Positions 1-11,235 are shown, counted from the stretch's first letter. The stretch is DNA of 64,000 nucleotides from Nitrosopumilus sp. (GCA_965205675.1 OZ242186.1:960001-1024000), one strand, 5' to 3'. A program made the numbers and translations. Notes: a model not told the origin generated them from the letters alone.

Positions 1-616
1 CTGTAATTTACGAGATTGACAAATCACGTTCAATGGATGTTCCCAAGAGAATTCTCAAGGGATATGATGGCAACATTACAAGTGATTCGTACCCTGCATG
101 GAACCATGTTGGAAGCACTCACCAGAAATGTCACATCCATTATCTCAGAGAGGTTAATGATACCATTAATCACAAGAATCCCGGACCAGAATTTGCACCA
201 TTTGCCAAGAATCTCAAGAAAATAATTTATGACTCTCATGGTGTGGCAAAAATAAAATCAGAATCAGAAAGAATCCATGCAAAAAAGAATCTTGAAAGGA
301 GAATTAATCACATCATATCAAAAAAATACACAGAGAAAAACTGTATCAGGTTTGTAAAAAGATTGAAACGTGAGAGAAAAATGCTTTTTACATTCCTAAT
401 TACTGGAACTGATTCACACAATAACACAGCAGAGAGGGCAATCAGACCAAATGTGATAATTCGTAAAATTACAAACGGTCATAGAACCATTCATGGTGCT
501 GATTCTCATAAGATACTGATGAGTATAAAGGAGACATGCAGATTACGAGGATTAAACTTTCATGATTATTCTTTAGAATATCTTGGAGATTTTACTTCAA
601 AACTCTAGACAGTTAC
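1..616 (+). mobile_element. IS66-family element, 3' part (copy 1, cut by window edge)
   Basis: Same sequence as the 3' half of the full copies; ends in TIR ...CAAAACTCTAGACAGTTAC at 616 (GTAA-type end typical of IS66). Confidence 0.95.
3..608 (+). CDS. IS66 transposase, C-terminal part
   Basis: SDSYPAW, QKCHIHYLRE and HNNTAERAIRPNV motifs of IS66 TnpC. Confidence 0.93.
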   Translation, partial: VIYEIDKSRSMDVPKRILKGYDGNITSDSYPAWNHVGSTHQKCHIHYLREVNDTINHKNPGPEFAPFAKNLKKIIYDSHGVAKIKSESERIHAKKNLERRINHIISKKYTEKNCIRFVKRLKRERKMLFTFLITGTDSHNNTAERAIRPNVIIRKITNGHRTIHGADSHKILMSIKETCRLRGLNFHDYSLEYLGDFTSKL

Positions 617-882
617 TGAAAAACCTATTTTGTCCTTAGAACAGCAGTTGGAAAAAGAAATACGTGAAAAAAAAGTTAGAAACAAAAATTATTCTAGAAT
701 TTCACCTTGGATTGATCAATTCAGACATCTAAACTTGATGATGGTTACAGAAAAAACCCCCGTTAGAAACTTGTTAAAATCTAAACATGCGCAAGATACC
801 GTTTATGAAGCATGGATGTTTTTCGAGTTCTTTGACTACTGTCATGACCAAGGAATGTATCCGAGATTAAAGATTGACACTA

Positions 883-2028
883 TAGTTTAGGCATATAAAT
901 TTTGAACGAATTATCAACTATTTTAACCCAAAAGATCTAGATCATAGTTTATACTTACAGAATCATGTCAAAACAAACTAAAGCATTAATGGTATCTTCA
1001 GGAAGCCATTTCATGAAAGGAACAAGCATTAATTTTTTAAGAAAAACATGCAAGAATGAAAAAAATGCAAAAGCAAAGATAAGATTAAAGGCTGCAATAC
1101 TAAGAAAACAAGATATTCCATATTCTGTGATATGTGCCAGTTTGGATGTCATACCATCAACTCTGTCCTACTGGCTAAATCGAATGGATAAAGAGGGAAT
1201 AACTGCATCACACCGTAAGGAATATTCTGGCTCTAGATGTTTCTTAAATAAAAAACAACTAGTGTCATTAAGAGATGATCTAATTTCAGGTCCAGAAAAG
1301 TTTGGATTCAATCAATTCATGTGGAGTACAAGAATGGTAATTACACATGTGAATAAAAAATACAACACGCTATACTCTGCAAGAGGAATGCGTGAATTGC
1401 TGCACAGAATCGGATTCTCATCTAAAAAACCAAGACAGACTCATCACAAATCAGCCTCAAAAGAGGAACAAACCCGTTTTAAAAAAACGCAAAAAGGAGT
1501 ATCAAAAAATATTCCAAATTGGGACATATCACGCTATGTCTGGATGAGTCAACAAATAAAGTAGCACCCAACATAAAGCGCAGATGGTATCTTGCAGGCA
1601 ATAACATTACCACACCAATTAATTACACTCGAGAAAAATTTCAATCATTTGGTGCATTGGGCAATAACGGTGTATTTTTTTGCAGGTTCTATGATAAATC
1701 AAACACAGACTCATTTCTTGATTTTTTAGAATCACTGCAAAAACAATTTGGTAAGAAATTGTTACTGTTTGCAGATAATGCATCATACCACAAAAGTGTC
1801 CGAGTAAAAGAATTTCTCAAAGCACCAAAAAATAAAGTAATAATTAGATATTTTCCTGCATACACTCCAGAACTCAATCCAATTGAGATACAGTGGAGAG
1901 AAGAGAAAAATGATAATGCCAATACATTCTTTGCAAATGGAACTGAAATGAGAAAACACATGCAGAAGAGACTAGATAATGGAGCGGTTCGAGTTGTTAA
2001 AGTGTTCAAATATTTAATGCCTTAACTA
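883..2028 (+). mobile_element. IS630-family element type A (copy 1)
   Basis: TIR TAGTTTAGGCAT / ATGCCTTAACTA, TA duplication at 881-882 and 2029-2030; near-identical copy at 56973-58118. Confidence 0.95.
965..2025 (+). CDS. IS630 transposase (orfA 965-1564 + orfB 1519-2025, probable -1 frameshift)
   Basis: HTH orfA; orfB with LDES, DNASYH, PAYTPELNPIE; slippery TTTTAAAAAAAC near 1477-1489. Confidence 0.9.
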
Positions 2029-2447
2029 TAAACCGTATTGTTTTGAATTTGAATATGATGGAAAAGAAATTATCTTTTGGTATGATAAGCAATACAATCC
2101 TCCAAGACCCCATGCATGGGCAGTTCAGCAGAGACCTGATTTCACTGTAATGGTAAATGGAAAAATTGTAGGGGTGTTTGATGCAAAGAATTTCTCTCAA
2201 GGACAAGAAACATCTCCTGCAAGAGTTAAGATGCTGTCTTACATGAGTAACTTTAATTCTGATTTTGGAGTGTTGTTTTTTCCATTTGTGCCTGAGTTTT
2301 GGGATGAGATGAATAAAAAACAGAAAAGAAAGGCATTGTTGTCGCATTATTCAAAACGATTTTCTAAAAAATCTGAAGATGAACTACTTGTATTAGATGT
2401 GGTGGGTTTGAAAAGAATTTGTTTTTAATTTATTCAAATAAATAATT

Positions 2448-3677
2448 TCAATTAAGTGAATATTCTGATTCTCCACTAGTGTTAATTTCCCAGTTGACTA
2501 GTCTTAATTCTGATATTCTGCCCATGGTTGCAACTCTCCATCCAACTATTCTCTTTTTGGTAGTCTCGTCTGCCAGCGTTTCAAGATTATTCAATTCGTA
2601 ATCTTTAACCATTTTTGGATTTTTAGCCTTGAATTTCTTGAATGTCTTGAGGAATTCTTCATCTAAACTATCTGTGATTTTTGAATTTTTTGGAGGATTT
2701 TTAATTACTTTGAGTGCAGTGTCTATGAATAATTTTTCTAATTCTAAATCTGGAATCAATTCATCTAAGATAAATTCTGATTCTTCTTTGGTTAATGCAT
2801 TTTCTTTATAATTTCCAGCAATTACTGGATTATGTTTCAAGCTGAAATCTTTTCCTTTTTCTGTTAATGAAACAAACATTTCTCCATTCTCTTCAAAAAT
2901 ATAAATTAATCCTAATGCAATCGGTGCACCTTCGGCATATTCTTCCTTTGTTTCTCTATCTTTACGAAGTTTACCGATGTATTGGTCTTTGTATCTTTTT
3001 TGAGACTGTGCAATTTTTGTAATATCTTCTCTGTCTTTTCCTTTTTTAGGAAGGCCCGTCGATATTTTTTTGTTTCTTGGCACATTATCTGATTTTTCAA
3101 TTTCTGTTAGGTGATTTGAAATTTCTTCAGAAATATCATATGCTTCTGTTCTAAAATCTGAATATTTTATTTTAGTGACTTTTTTTTCATATAACATATT
3201 TGATAAAACAGCAATTACAATTTTTACTGGAAAGAATCTACTGTAGAATCTAAATAATAATGGATAACCATCATATTCATACACACAATCTGGTTTTTTG
3301 ATTTCTAATTGTGAAATATATTTTAAAGTTTCATCAAGATTATGTTGTAATCTTATGTGATCATGGTCTGAAATTTCATGTTCTTTTTGTTTTTTATATT
3401 CTTCATCTGCTTTTTCTTGTTCTCCTTTTCCAAAGTGTCTTTCCCTTTCTGCTTCTTTTACAAATCCTAACATGAATTTTTCTTGTTCAGTAGTAAATGG
3501 CATCATGGATTGCATGATTTTGATTGAATCTTCGGGATGTTCACTTTCCCATGTAAGTAAAATATTGACTGCAGTATCTATGAAAATATCTGAATTTCTG
3601 TATCTTTCCTTATCTACAAGTTCCTTGATTTTGGATGCATGTTTGTCCATTATTTCGTATTGAACTCTATTTCCCAT
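2448..3677 (-). CDS. Uncharacterised 409-aa protein, probable N-terminal ribbon-helix-helix and winged-helix-like C-terminal region
   Basis: Long intact ORF; N-term KIKELVDKERYRNSDIFIDTAVNILL resembles CopG/RHH; LTEKGKDF resembles a wHTH wing. Confidence 0.6.
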   Translation of the reverse strand: MGNRVQYEIMDKHASKIKELVDKERYRNSDIFIDTAVNILLTWESEHPEDSIKIMQSMMPFTTEQEKFMLGFVKEAERERHFGKGEQEKADEEYKKQKEHEISDHDHIRLQHNLDETLKYISQLEIKKPDCVYEYDGYPLLFRFYSRFFPVKIVIAVLSNMLYEKKVTKIKYSDFRTEAYDISEEISNHLTEIEKSDNVPRNKKISTGLPKKGKDREDITKIAQSQKRYKDQYIGKLRKDRETKEEYAEGAPIALGLIYIFEENGEMFVSLTEKGKDFSLKHNPVIAGNYKENALTKEESEFILDELIPDLELEKLFIDTALKVIKNPPKNSKITDSLDEEFLKTFKKFKAKNPKMVKDYELNNLETLADETTKKRIVGWRVATMGRISELRLVNWEINTSGESEYSLN

Positions 3678-3869
3678 ACCCTTTATGTGAGAAATATACT
3701 ATATAATGCTGTGTATATGTGGAATAATCTCACTTATGTTGTACGATCGCATTATTGTATGAATTTAGGCATGGAAATTAGTTATTCCGATCAACTTTAT
3801 TTTTGATATAATGATCCTTATGTTGTAGATAAAGTATATACTTATATATCGTACTACCTATTACTTAGT

Positions 3870-4427
3870 ATGGAAAACGGGTCAAACAAACATAACTACA
3901 CACTAGATACATGCGTAGGTATCAAGATTTGTGAAAATGCAAATGTTGGTGATCTACTATCTTGTAGAATTGACTTTGAATCCTCAACAATTCATATCTC
4001 TTCACAAACCGTTTTGGAGGCAACTAGATTAGGATATGATGTAGATTACATTTCAAAACAAATCAAAAAATCAATTGAAGTTAAGGTCATTTTTGGTTCT
4101 ATTACAAATTCAATGATTCAAGATGCAAAATATCTTGAAACAAAATGTCCAACATTACATGATGGGGATTCTAAGATTTTGGCCTATGCCAGGGCAACTG
4201 GTACTACCTTGGTAACTTGTGATAAAGGATTAGCAGAGGCTGCAATATTATCTGGAACTAAAATTGTTAATCCAGATCTATTACCTTGTGATAAAATTGG
4301 ACTAGGAAAATCCAAGATGCAAAAAATTGTTGATAAAGCAATTAGAAAACCATCTGAGGCAAAACAAAAAGTAAAATCGTTTGTACTTAAACCAGGACAA
4401 AAAATCGTTTGGAGGTCATTCCAATGA
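3870..4427 (+). CDS. PIN-domain ribonuclease with basic C-terminal extension
   Basis: YTLDTCV...ISSQTVLEA...LHDGDSKILAYA...LVTCDKGL: acidic catalytic tetrad of PIN. Confidence 0.85.
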   Translation: MENGSNKHNYTLDTCVGIKICENANVGDLLSCRIDFESSTIHISSQTVLEATRLGYDVDYISKQIKKSIEVKVIFGSITNSMIQDAKYLETKCPTLHDGDSKILAYARATGTTLVTCDKGLAEAAILSGTKIVNPDLLPCDKIGLGKSKMQKIVDKAIRKPSEAKQKVKSFVLKPGQKIVWRSFQ

Positions 4428-4636
4428 TAAATTTTGATGAAAATGGAAAACGTCTTAGAAGCGTATGCGTTACATATCGTACTCATTATACTCATGATGT
4501 AGTAGAAGAGGATCTAAGTTCTAAATTTGATGGATTATCTGATAAATCAATTGAAATTGTACGTGGAATGGTAAGTTCTGAGAAAGTTGAAAAATTAGAT
4601 GCTTTATTAGTTACATTGGGAACTATTTTAAAATAA
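4424..4636 (+). CDS. Small hypothetical protein, translationally coupled to the PIN gene
   Basis: ATGA overlap with PIN stop; 70 aa. Confidence 0.55.
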   Translation: MINFDENGKRLRSVCVTYRTHYTHDVVEEDLSSKFDGLSDKSIEIVRGMVSSEKVEKLDALLVTLGTILK

Positions 4637-4689
4637 TTTTAAATAATGACAATCTTTAATTCATACTCTCATATGATAGTCTATTAATT

Positions 4690-7600
4690 ATGATAAGAAG
4701 TCACCTTGTTAAGGCGTTATATCAGAATCTTTTAGGACCATTATACGGTCCTAAAGAAATTATTGAGGAACCTTTCTTAAAATATGAATTAGGTATTCTA
4801 AATTCATCTTATTCAATTGATGATGATATTGCTCAAAACCAATCATCTACAAATGCTGAAATAAATCCAAATGTTGCTGAAATTAAGCAAGAAATTCATG
4901 AATTAAATAATTCTGAAAATACTCAGGGCTCTGAAAATCTACGACAGGAAGTAGATACAGAATTAAACCTAAAATCTGGTGCGTTATCTCTTGGACTATC
5001 TTTTGTATTGGAAGGTGCTCACCCTAAATTTCAAATTTGTTTAACTTGGGCTAGATATGTTAAGACTGTAGAATTTGGTTCTGTTCCTAATTTATTTATG
5101 AGGAAACCCAATTTTTTTGTCACTGATTGGATTGACGCTAGCAAAAAATTTGATTCTGTAAAATTGAGTAATGATGTCAATGGAAGTATAGTTACACATT
5201 CTGGTGTTTTTCTTCATGTTATAACAAAAAAGATAGAACATTTTGATAAATGGACTGTTCAAATATTTTTGGAAAACAAATCTGAATATGATGTAACAAA
5301 AAGTCAATCCGAAGTTACTAGAATTTTTCAACCTCAAATTAGAGTAAAATCTGAAAACGAACTTTTAGATTTAGATTCTAGTCATAATCAACATACCACA
5401 TACAATGATGATTTACTTTACCATAATTTGAGAACTAAAGCAAGAGGTTACTTGTGTGCTGCAGTATGGAATGATGTTGATCCTGAAAAAAATTCTGACG
5501 GTGATATTGGAAAAATCTCTTGGCCTGATTCAGAAATTGTACCTGAAAAAATTAAATCATTTTTTACATGTCCTGATGTACGAACTGAATATCTTCCACT
5601 TTATTCTATTTTACAACCAGATCAATCTGATAAACCTATTTTCAATGCAAATACACTTTCACAAACATGGAAATCAACTGATATTAAATCCCAACTAAGT
5701 TCAATAGAAAAAAATTATACAAATTGGATTGATGATCGAAAAAAAACTCTTGACAATGAAGTACAAAATAAAATCATTGAACCCCAACTTAAAGAAAAAG
5801 GTGAGTCAAATCTTAGAGATTGTTATAGTTCTAGGGACCGAATCAAACATGGTATTGATTTTTTAATTGAAAACAAAAAGGCTCGGGCTGCATTTTGCTT
5901 TATGAATGCTGTCATGAATGATAAACGAGTAAATGAAACAAAAAATAACGCAAATCCTGATGGTGCAGATTTGGAATGGAGGGAATTTCAAATGGCATTT
6001 ATTTTACAAAGTCTTAAGGGCGTTAGTGGAGAATCTAAAGATGAACGTGATTTATCTGATGTATTGTGGTTTCCTACTGGTGGTGGAAAAACAGAAGCTT
6101 ATCTTGGAATCGTAATTTTCACTCTAGCATTTAGAAGATTATCTATTGATGAAAACCAAAGTAATGAAGGAGGGGTAAATGTAATTTCCAGATACACTCT
6201 GAGATTGTTAACTATTCAACAATTCCAACGTGCACTTGGAGCAATTGTTGCAGCAGACCTTAGACGAGTAAGGAATTGGCTTCCTTCTGAGGCAATTGAA
6301 GGAGAAGAAAAAATTTCTGATCCTGTTTTAATAAAAAAAAGAGATGATTGTTCCTTTTGGGGAAATCATAGATTTTCAATTGGAATGTGGATTGGAAGTG
6401 GTATAACTCCTAAAGATTTTGCAATAACTACTGGCCCTGAAGGTAAAAAATTTCTTAATTGTGAGGGTGCATTACGTCCACAATGGCATAAAGATAGAAG
6501 AAATTCTGATGAAGATAGTGGCCCTGATCCTGCGCAAGTCCAAAACTGTCCTGTCTGTAAAAATATACTATGTATCCCACGAGAACAAAAAGAATACGGT
6601 TCTCCTAAAAAACTCACTTGGATTATTTGTTCTCCTCATTCTTTAGAGATTCTTCAAAAAATTACTAAAGAAGATATTGAATCTCAAAATCAAATTGCTC
6701 TTAGAGAAAACCCTGAATTTGAATTACTTTCAAAATCTACTGATGGCTTTTCGTATTATCGTTTAACCATGGAGCTTTTACCAGTTCGAAAAAATCAAGT
6801 TCTTGATAGAACATTGATTGATAGTTGGTGGAATTCCCATGTGAAAGGTAGATTGGATCCTGATGACGACCGTGACCCTCTTGAATCAACCAGTCCTTCT
6901 ATGCCTGGATATTTTTTCCTTCATCATGGTCATCCACGACCTCATGACTTTGCAATTTTTTGTACCAACAAATCTTGTGAACTCAATAAAAAAATACAAT
7001 GGTTTGAAAAATTAGAAAATCAAGTTGACACTTTAGTTCCAAAACCTTTTCAAATTCCTGATTCTCCTCACCTTTCAATCTCTGTCCCAATTTCTGCATA
7101 TGTTTCAGATGAACAAGTTTATGCAAAATGTCCTAGTTTTCTAATTGCTACAGCAGACAAATTTGCAAATCTTCCTTTTGAACCTCGATGTGCATCTTTA
7201 TTTGGAAATGTCGATGTTCTTCATCGAAGTTTTGGATATGGTCGAAGAATTGCATTTACTGCTCCTCTTCAAAATAGAAGTGGAAATCAAAGAATTCAAG
7301 TTCCTCCAGAAAAACTTATTGATGTACGTGGATTTAATCCCCCTTCTTTGATACTACAAGATGAATTACATCTTATCGAAGGACCATTGGGAAGCATGGT
7401 TGGAATTTATGAAATGGCTGTAGATGTATTATCTAACAATGGATCTAGACCAAAATATATTGCTTCAAGTGCAACAATTAAGGAAGCAGAAACTCAAGTT
7501 GGAACAATTTTCAGACGAAAAATTTCTATTTTCCCTCCTCCTGGAATCGATTCTTTTGATAATTATTTTTCAAAAATTGAAGAAGATATTCCATGTACTG

Positions 7601-10600
7601 CAGAAAAATTTGGAAGACTTTACCTTGGAATCTCATCGACTAAATCAACTGTGTATCTTCCAATAAAGGCTCAATCCATTATAATGAGTGAAATTTTTAA
7701 AATTAGAAATAATCCTGATAATTATGATTTAAATGAAATTGAAAGAAATGATCTTCAGTCATCAATAGATCCTTATTGGACATTTGTTTCTTATTTTACA
7801 GATTTACAATTATTATCAAAATTCACTGACTATTACCCTGAAAATATTATAGAAAATGTATCTAATTGGAGTAATACCCGAGTATCTAATTCTTTAACTC
7901 GTTTACCTAACAAGCCTATTGATTCTGGTTTGAAATTATTTCCTTTAATTTCTGATAGAGAACTTGAAGTTTCAAGTATTTCTATTTTTTGTGCTAATAA
8001 AATTGGGAAAATAAAAATTGCATTATATCGAAGTGACAACCCTGTTGGAAAATTAATTTATTCTTCTGAATTTCAGGATTGTAGATTAAATGAAAATATT
8101 TTTGATTTAGCTGTTGGTGATTTTCCTAAAATCAATAAAGGTGAAAAAATTTGGGTTTCGGTGATTAGTACTGATCCAAAAACCATTTTTCAATTAGTTG
8201 AAATAACTGAAGATTCATTAGAAGACAAAACTTTTGAACCCACTACAGAAAACTTCCCTACTGATTTTAAGGAACTTTCCTCTATTGAAGAAAATTTTTC
8301 TATAAAATTCACTCTCAATTCATCATTTCGATTATTAACTGATGAAAAAAATATTCAACTTTCTAGTGAAACTAAACCTGAAGATCTTACAAAAAATCTA
8401 GAACAATTACAGTCAAAATTCTTAATTGATTCACTTCAAACCTCACCTGTTTTTGGAACTGGTATTGATGTTGATCGACTTGGTGTGATGCAAATTATGA
8501 ATCAACCAAAAACAAATTCGGGATATATCCAATCTTCTGGTCGTGTAGGTAGATCAAATCCCGGTCTTGTTATAAGCTGGCTTCGTGCAGGACGTGCAAG
8601 AGATCTTAATCATTATGAAAATTTCATAGGTTATCATAGAATGCTTCACAAGTTTGTAGAGCCTGTAACTGCTTCTCCTTTTTCTGATGAGGCAATGAGA
8701 TTGTGTTTGGGTCCTATACTGGTTGCAATTTTGATTAACGCACGTAATGTTTCAGGCGTTTCTGTTAGTAATAGGTGGGTATTGGATTCTGGGCCTGATA
8801 GGATGAGGGAACATCACAATGACCCTGATGTGGAATCTGTAAAAAATGCATTATCTGAAATTTCTAAATCAAACACTATTGCTGATTATAGAAAAATGCC
8901 TCCTGAAAGATTTGAACATCTTTTCAACGAACTCAAAGGACTATGGCACAAAATTGCAAAAGATTTGGCTGATGATAAAACTAGACCGTTTACTTATCAT
9001 GAGAGAAGACCTAACATTGTTCCTGAGAATAACGTTGTGCTTGGTACGCCCAATCATAAAGATCTTGGATTGGATTATGTGTATGATGATACCCCTAATT
9101 CTCTAAGACAAACTGAATCCAGTTCTGTTTTTTATGGTCCGAAAAATGATATTACTCAAATCAGACCATCTCAATTCACTACCCGTTATGGGCCAGGTAC
9201 ATTGATTTCTGGAAAAAAATCTACTTGGGTGATTCCTCCAATTCAAGAAATTGTTTCAGATCTGAAAGACACTGGAAATTTTGAAGCACCAAGTACCTCG
9301 GGGTATAAAAGATTATACAAATATGAAATTAATGATTCTAGAATGAAACGTCTTTTACATCGATTCAATTCTGATATTGATTGGCAAAAATTAAAACTTT
9401 TTTCATTACCTACAAATTCTTCATTAACTGTTAAAGAATTCCAACCTCTTTACCGTTGTAATCAATTTCCTAGGTGGGCGGTTTGTCATAATAAAGTTCA
9501 TCCTTCCCGAAGAATATTAGCTGAGATGACTCCTGCTCAAAAAGGAATTGTTATCAAATGTCCTGCATGTCAAGAACATTCTGATATTGATGATGAAAAA
9601 AGTACTCAATTTTTTAATGCTCGATATGTTTTAGCTTGTTGCAATGGTCATTTAGATGATGTAAATTGGCAATATGAAATTCACCGCTCTGGTGTAAAAT
9701 GTGGAGGAAATGTTTTCGAATGGGTTTCATCTGGAAGTAATGATGATGCAGAAATTGTTTGTTTAGGACATTGGGATTGTAATGACCCAAATAGATTCAT
9801 TAAAAGTACTTGTAAGTCTAGTGCCACATATTTAGAATTAAAAGGAAGATCTAAACTTGGTCAAATGGATTGTTCTGCAAAGTTTGCTGAAACAGGACTG
9901 ACTGATCCTGATGGATGTCCACGTCCAATTGATAATATGTCTCAAGCAAAGATGATCAGTAAAACCCAGATGAGTTTACGAATGCCTATTGTTGCAACAA
10001 CGATGGAAATTCAAAAACATAAAGGAATTTTATATGAAATGTATGAGCCCTTGGCCTCATCAATTGTTATGGGAATTTCAATGTTGGAAAAAATTAATCC
10101 AAATTGGACTAAAAATGATTTTCTTGAAACCGTTCTACGTAATAATAGAGGCAGTATTAGAGGAATAACTAATCAAATTTTAAGGCAGACAGAAAATGCG
10201 TCAGAAAATATGTTTAGAGAGGTCATAGAAGCTGTTAAAAAATTTGCAAAAACTTTGGACAACCGTTCTGAGTCTTTATCTGAATACGATTCATTAAATG
10301 AAGAATTAATCAGTCTTGAGAATCTGACCCTTGATAATGGAACTGGTGCCCAAATCAGTCCTGATGATCCTGAACCTGATATGCGTTTTCCAATTCAATT
10401 CGAAACTAGTATCGATTTAAATTTTGAAGCAATGCCTTTTGGTGACATTAAAGTAACTCAAGTACAAACTGGATATACTAGGGAAATATCTCCTCCAACA
10501 TTACGTGGTTCTCTTTCTCAAGATGATACCAATGATGGTGTAAGGATTGGTAAAGTTATTTCTTCAAACGAAAAATTTGTTGATGAAAATGATGGTAGGT

Positions 10601-11235
10601 GGTATCTTGGAAATCAATCCAGAGGTGAAGGAATTTTTATACATTTAGATCCAAAAGTCCACGAAGATTCTATGGATGTCTTTAATGGTAATACTTTTGA
10701 TGATCTTAAAATTTGGGAATCTATTCATCAGAAAATTTTGGAGAAAAATACACCTCTTCTTGAAAAATTAAAACAAGAAGAAAGCAATGAACAACAGATT
10801 GATGCATTAGAAAAAGAAAATATGCAAAGCAATCCTCTTTTTGTTTGGTGGCATTCCTTTGCTCATGAACTAATTAATCAATTATCCATTGATTCAGGAT
10901 TTATGGGTGTTTCACTTGGAGAGCGAATTTATTGTATTGAAAAACAAAATGGTACATTTGGTTCTGGAATTTTCATATATGTTTCAAGTCCAGGTGCAGA
11001 TGGAACTCTTGGCGGTCTCACAAGTTTAGTTAATTTGAAAGTACTTCAAGAAATTATTGAAAAAACTTTACAGAAAATTTCTACTTGTTCTAATGATCCT
11101 GTATGTTCTGAAAGGAAAATTAATCTTAAACGTAGAACTGGTGCTGCTTGTCATATTTGTTTGATGAATTCAGAAACATCTTGTGCCTACCAAAACAAGT
11201 TTCTAGATAGAAATTTGATTAGAGGGACTTTATGA
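4690..11235 (+). CDS. DISARM-like DrmA helicase-DrmB (DUF1998) fusion protein, 2181 aa
   Basis: DrmA motifs LWFPTGGGKTEAYLG, SRYTLRLLTIQQFQR, ATADKFA, QDELHLIEGPLGSMVG, ASSATI, GIDVDRLG, YIQSSGRVGR; DrmB motifs IRPSQFTTRYGPG, CCNGHLDD, HSFAHELI, SLGERIY, GTLGGL, CSNDPVC...AACHIC...SETSC...NKFLDR. Confidence 0.9.
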   Translation: MIRSHLVKALYQNLLGPLYGPKEIIEEPFLKYELGILNSSYSIDDDIAQNQSSTNAEINPNVAEIKQEIHELNNSENTQGSENLRQEVDTELNLKSGALSLGLSFVLEGAHPKFQICLTWARYVKTVEFGSVPNLFMRKPNFFVTDWIDASKKFDSVKLSNDVNGSIVTHSGVFLHVITKKIEHFDKWTVQIFLENKSEYDVTKSQSEVTRIFQPQIRVKSENELLDLDSSHNQHTTYNDDLLYHNLRTKARGYLCAAVWNDVDPEKNSDGDIGKISWPDSEIVPEKIKSFFTCPDVRTEYLPLYSILQPDQSDKPIFNANTLSQTWKSTDIKSQLSSIEKNYTNWIDDRKKTLDNEVQNKIIEPQLKEKGESNLRDCYSSRDRIKHGIDFLIENKKARAAFCFMNAVMNDKRVNETKNNANPDGADLEWREFQMAFILQSLKGVSGESKDERDLSDVLWFPTGGGKTEAYLGIVIFTLAFRRLSIDENQSNEGGVNVISRYTLRLLTIQQFQRALGAIVAADLRRVRNWLPSEAIEGEEKISDPVLIKKRDDCSFWGNHRFSIGMWIGSGITPKDFAITTGPEGKKFLNCEGALRPQWHKDRRNSDEDSGPDPAQVQNCPVCKNILCIPREQKEYGSPKKLTWIICSPHSLEILQKITKEDIESQNQIALRENPEFELLSKSTDGFSYYRLTMELLPVRKNQVLDRTLIDSWWNSHVKGRLDPDDDRDPLESTSPSMPGYFFLHHGHPRPHDFAIFCTNKSCELNKKIQWFEKLENQVDTLVPKPFQIPDSPHLSISVPISAYVSDEQVYAKCPSFLIATADKFANLPFEPRCASLFGNVDVLHRSFGYGRRIAFTAPLQNRSGNQRIQVPPEKLIDVRGFNPPSLILQDELHLIEGPLGSMVGIYEMAVDVLSNNGSRPKYIASSATIKEAETQVGTIFRRKISIFPPPGIDSFDNYFSKIEEDIPCTAEKFGRLYLGISSTKSTVYLPIKAQSIIMSEIFKIRNNPDNYDLNEIERNDLQSSIDPYWTFVSYFTDLQLLSKFTDYYPENIIENVSNWSNTRVSNSLTRLPNKPIDSGLKLFPLISDRELEVSSISIFCANKIGKIKIALYRSDNPVGKLIYSSEFQDCRLNENIFDLAVGDFPKINKGEKIWVSVISTDPKTIFQLVEITEDSLEDKTFEPTTENFPTDFKELSSIEENFSIKFTLNSSFRLLTDEKNIQLSSETKPEDLTKNLEQLQSKFLIDSLQTSPVFGTGIDVDRLGVMQIMNQPKTNSGYIQSSGRVGRSNPGLVISWLRAGRARDLNHYENFIGYHRMLHKFVEPVTASPFSDEAMRLCLGPILVAILINARNVSGVSVSNRWVLDSGPDRMREHHNDPDVESVKNALSEISKSNTIADYRKMPPERFEHLFNELKGLWHKIAKDLADDKTRPFTYHERRPNIVPENNVVLGTPNHKDLGLDYVYDDTPNSLRQTESSSVFYGPKNDITQIRPSQFTTRYGPGTLISGKKSTWVIPPIQEIVSDLKDTGNFEAPSTSGYKRLYKYEINDSRMKRLLHRFNSDIDWQKLKLFSLPTNSSLTVKEFQPLYRCNQFPRWAVCHNKVHPSRRILAEMTPAQKGIVIKCPACQEHSDIDDEKSTQFFNARYVLACCNGHLDDVNWQYEIHRSGVKCGGNVFEWVSSGSNDDAEIVCLGHWDCNDPNRFIKSTCKSSATYLELKGRSKLGQMDCSAKFAETGLTDPDGCPRPIDNMSQAKMISKTQMSLRMPIVATTMEIQKHKGILYEMYEPLASSIVMGISMLEKINPNWTKNDFLETVLRNNRGSIRGITNQILRQTENASENMFREVIEAVKKFAKTLDNRSESLSEYDSLNEELISLENLTLDNGTGAQISPDDPEPDMRFPIQFETSIDLNFEAMPFGDIKVTQVQTGYTREISPPTLRGSLSQDDTNDGVRIGKVISSNEKFVDENDGRWYLGNQSRGEGIFIHLDPKVHEDSMDVFNGNTFDDLKIWESIHQKILEKNTPLLEKLKQEESNEQQIDALEKENMQSNPLFVWWHSFAHELINQLSIDSGFMGVSLGERIYCIEKQNGTFGSGIFIYVSSPGADGTLGGLTSLVNLKVLQEIIEKTLQKISTCSNDPVCSERKINLKRRTGAACHICLMNSETSCAYQNKFLDRNLIRGTL

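Larger units (their letters stand above)
617..2428 (+). pseudogene. McrC-like/DUF2357-type PD-(D/E)xK nuclease, cut at 5' by IS66 and split by IS630
   Basis: Removing the IS630 and one TA joins ORF 630-890 in frame to ORF 2150-2428: YEAWMFFEF...IDTKPYCFEF...QRPDFTV...VFDAKNF...KMLSY (PD...DAK nuclease motif). Confidence 0.7.
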
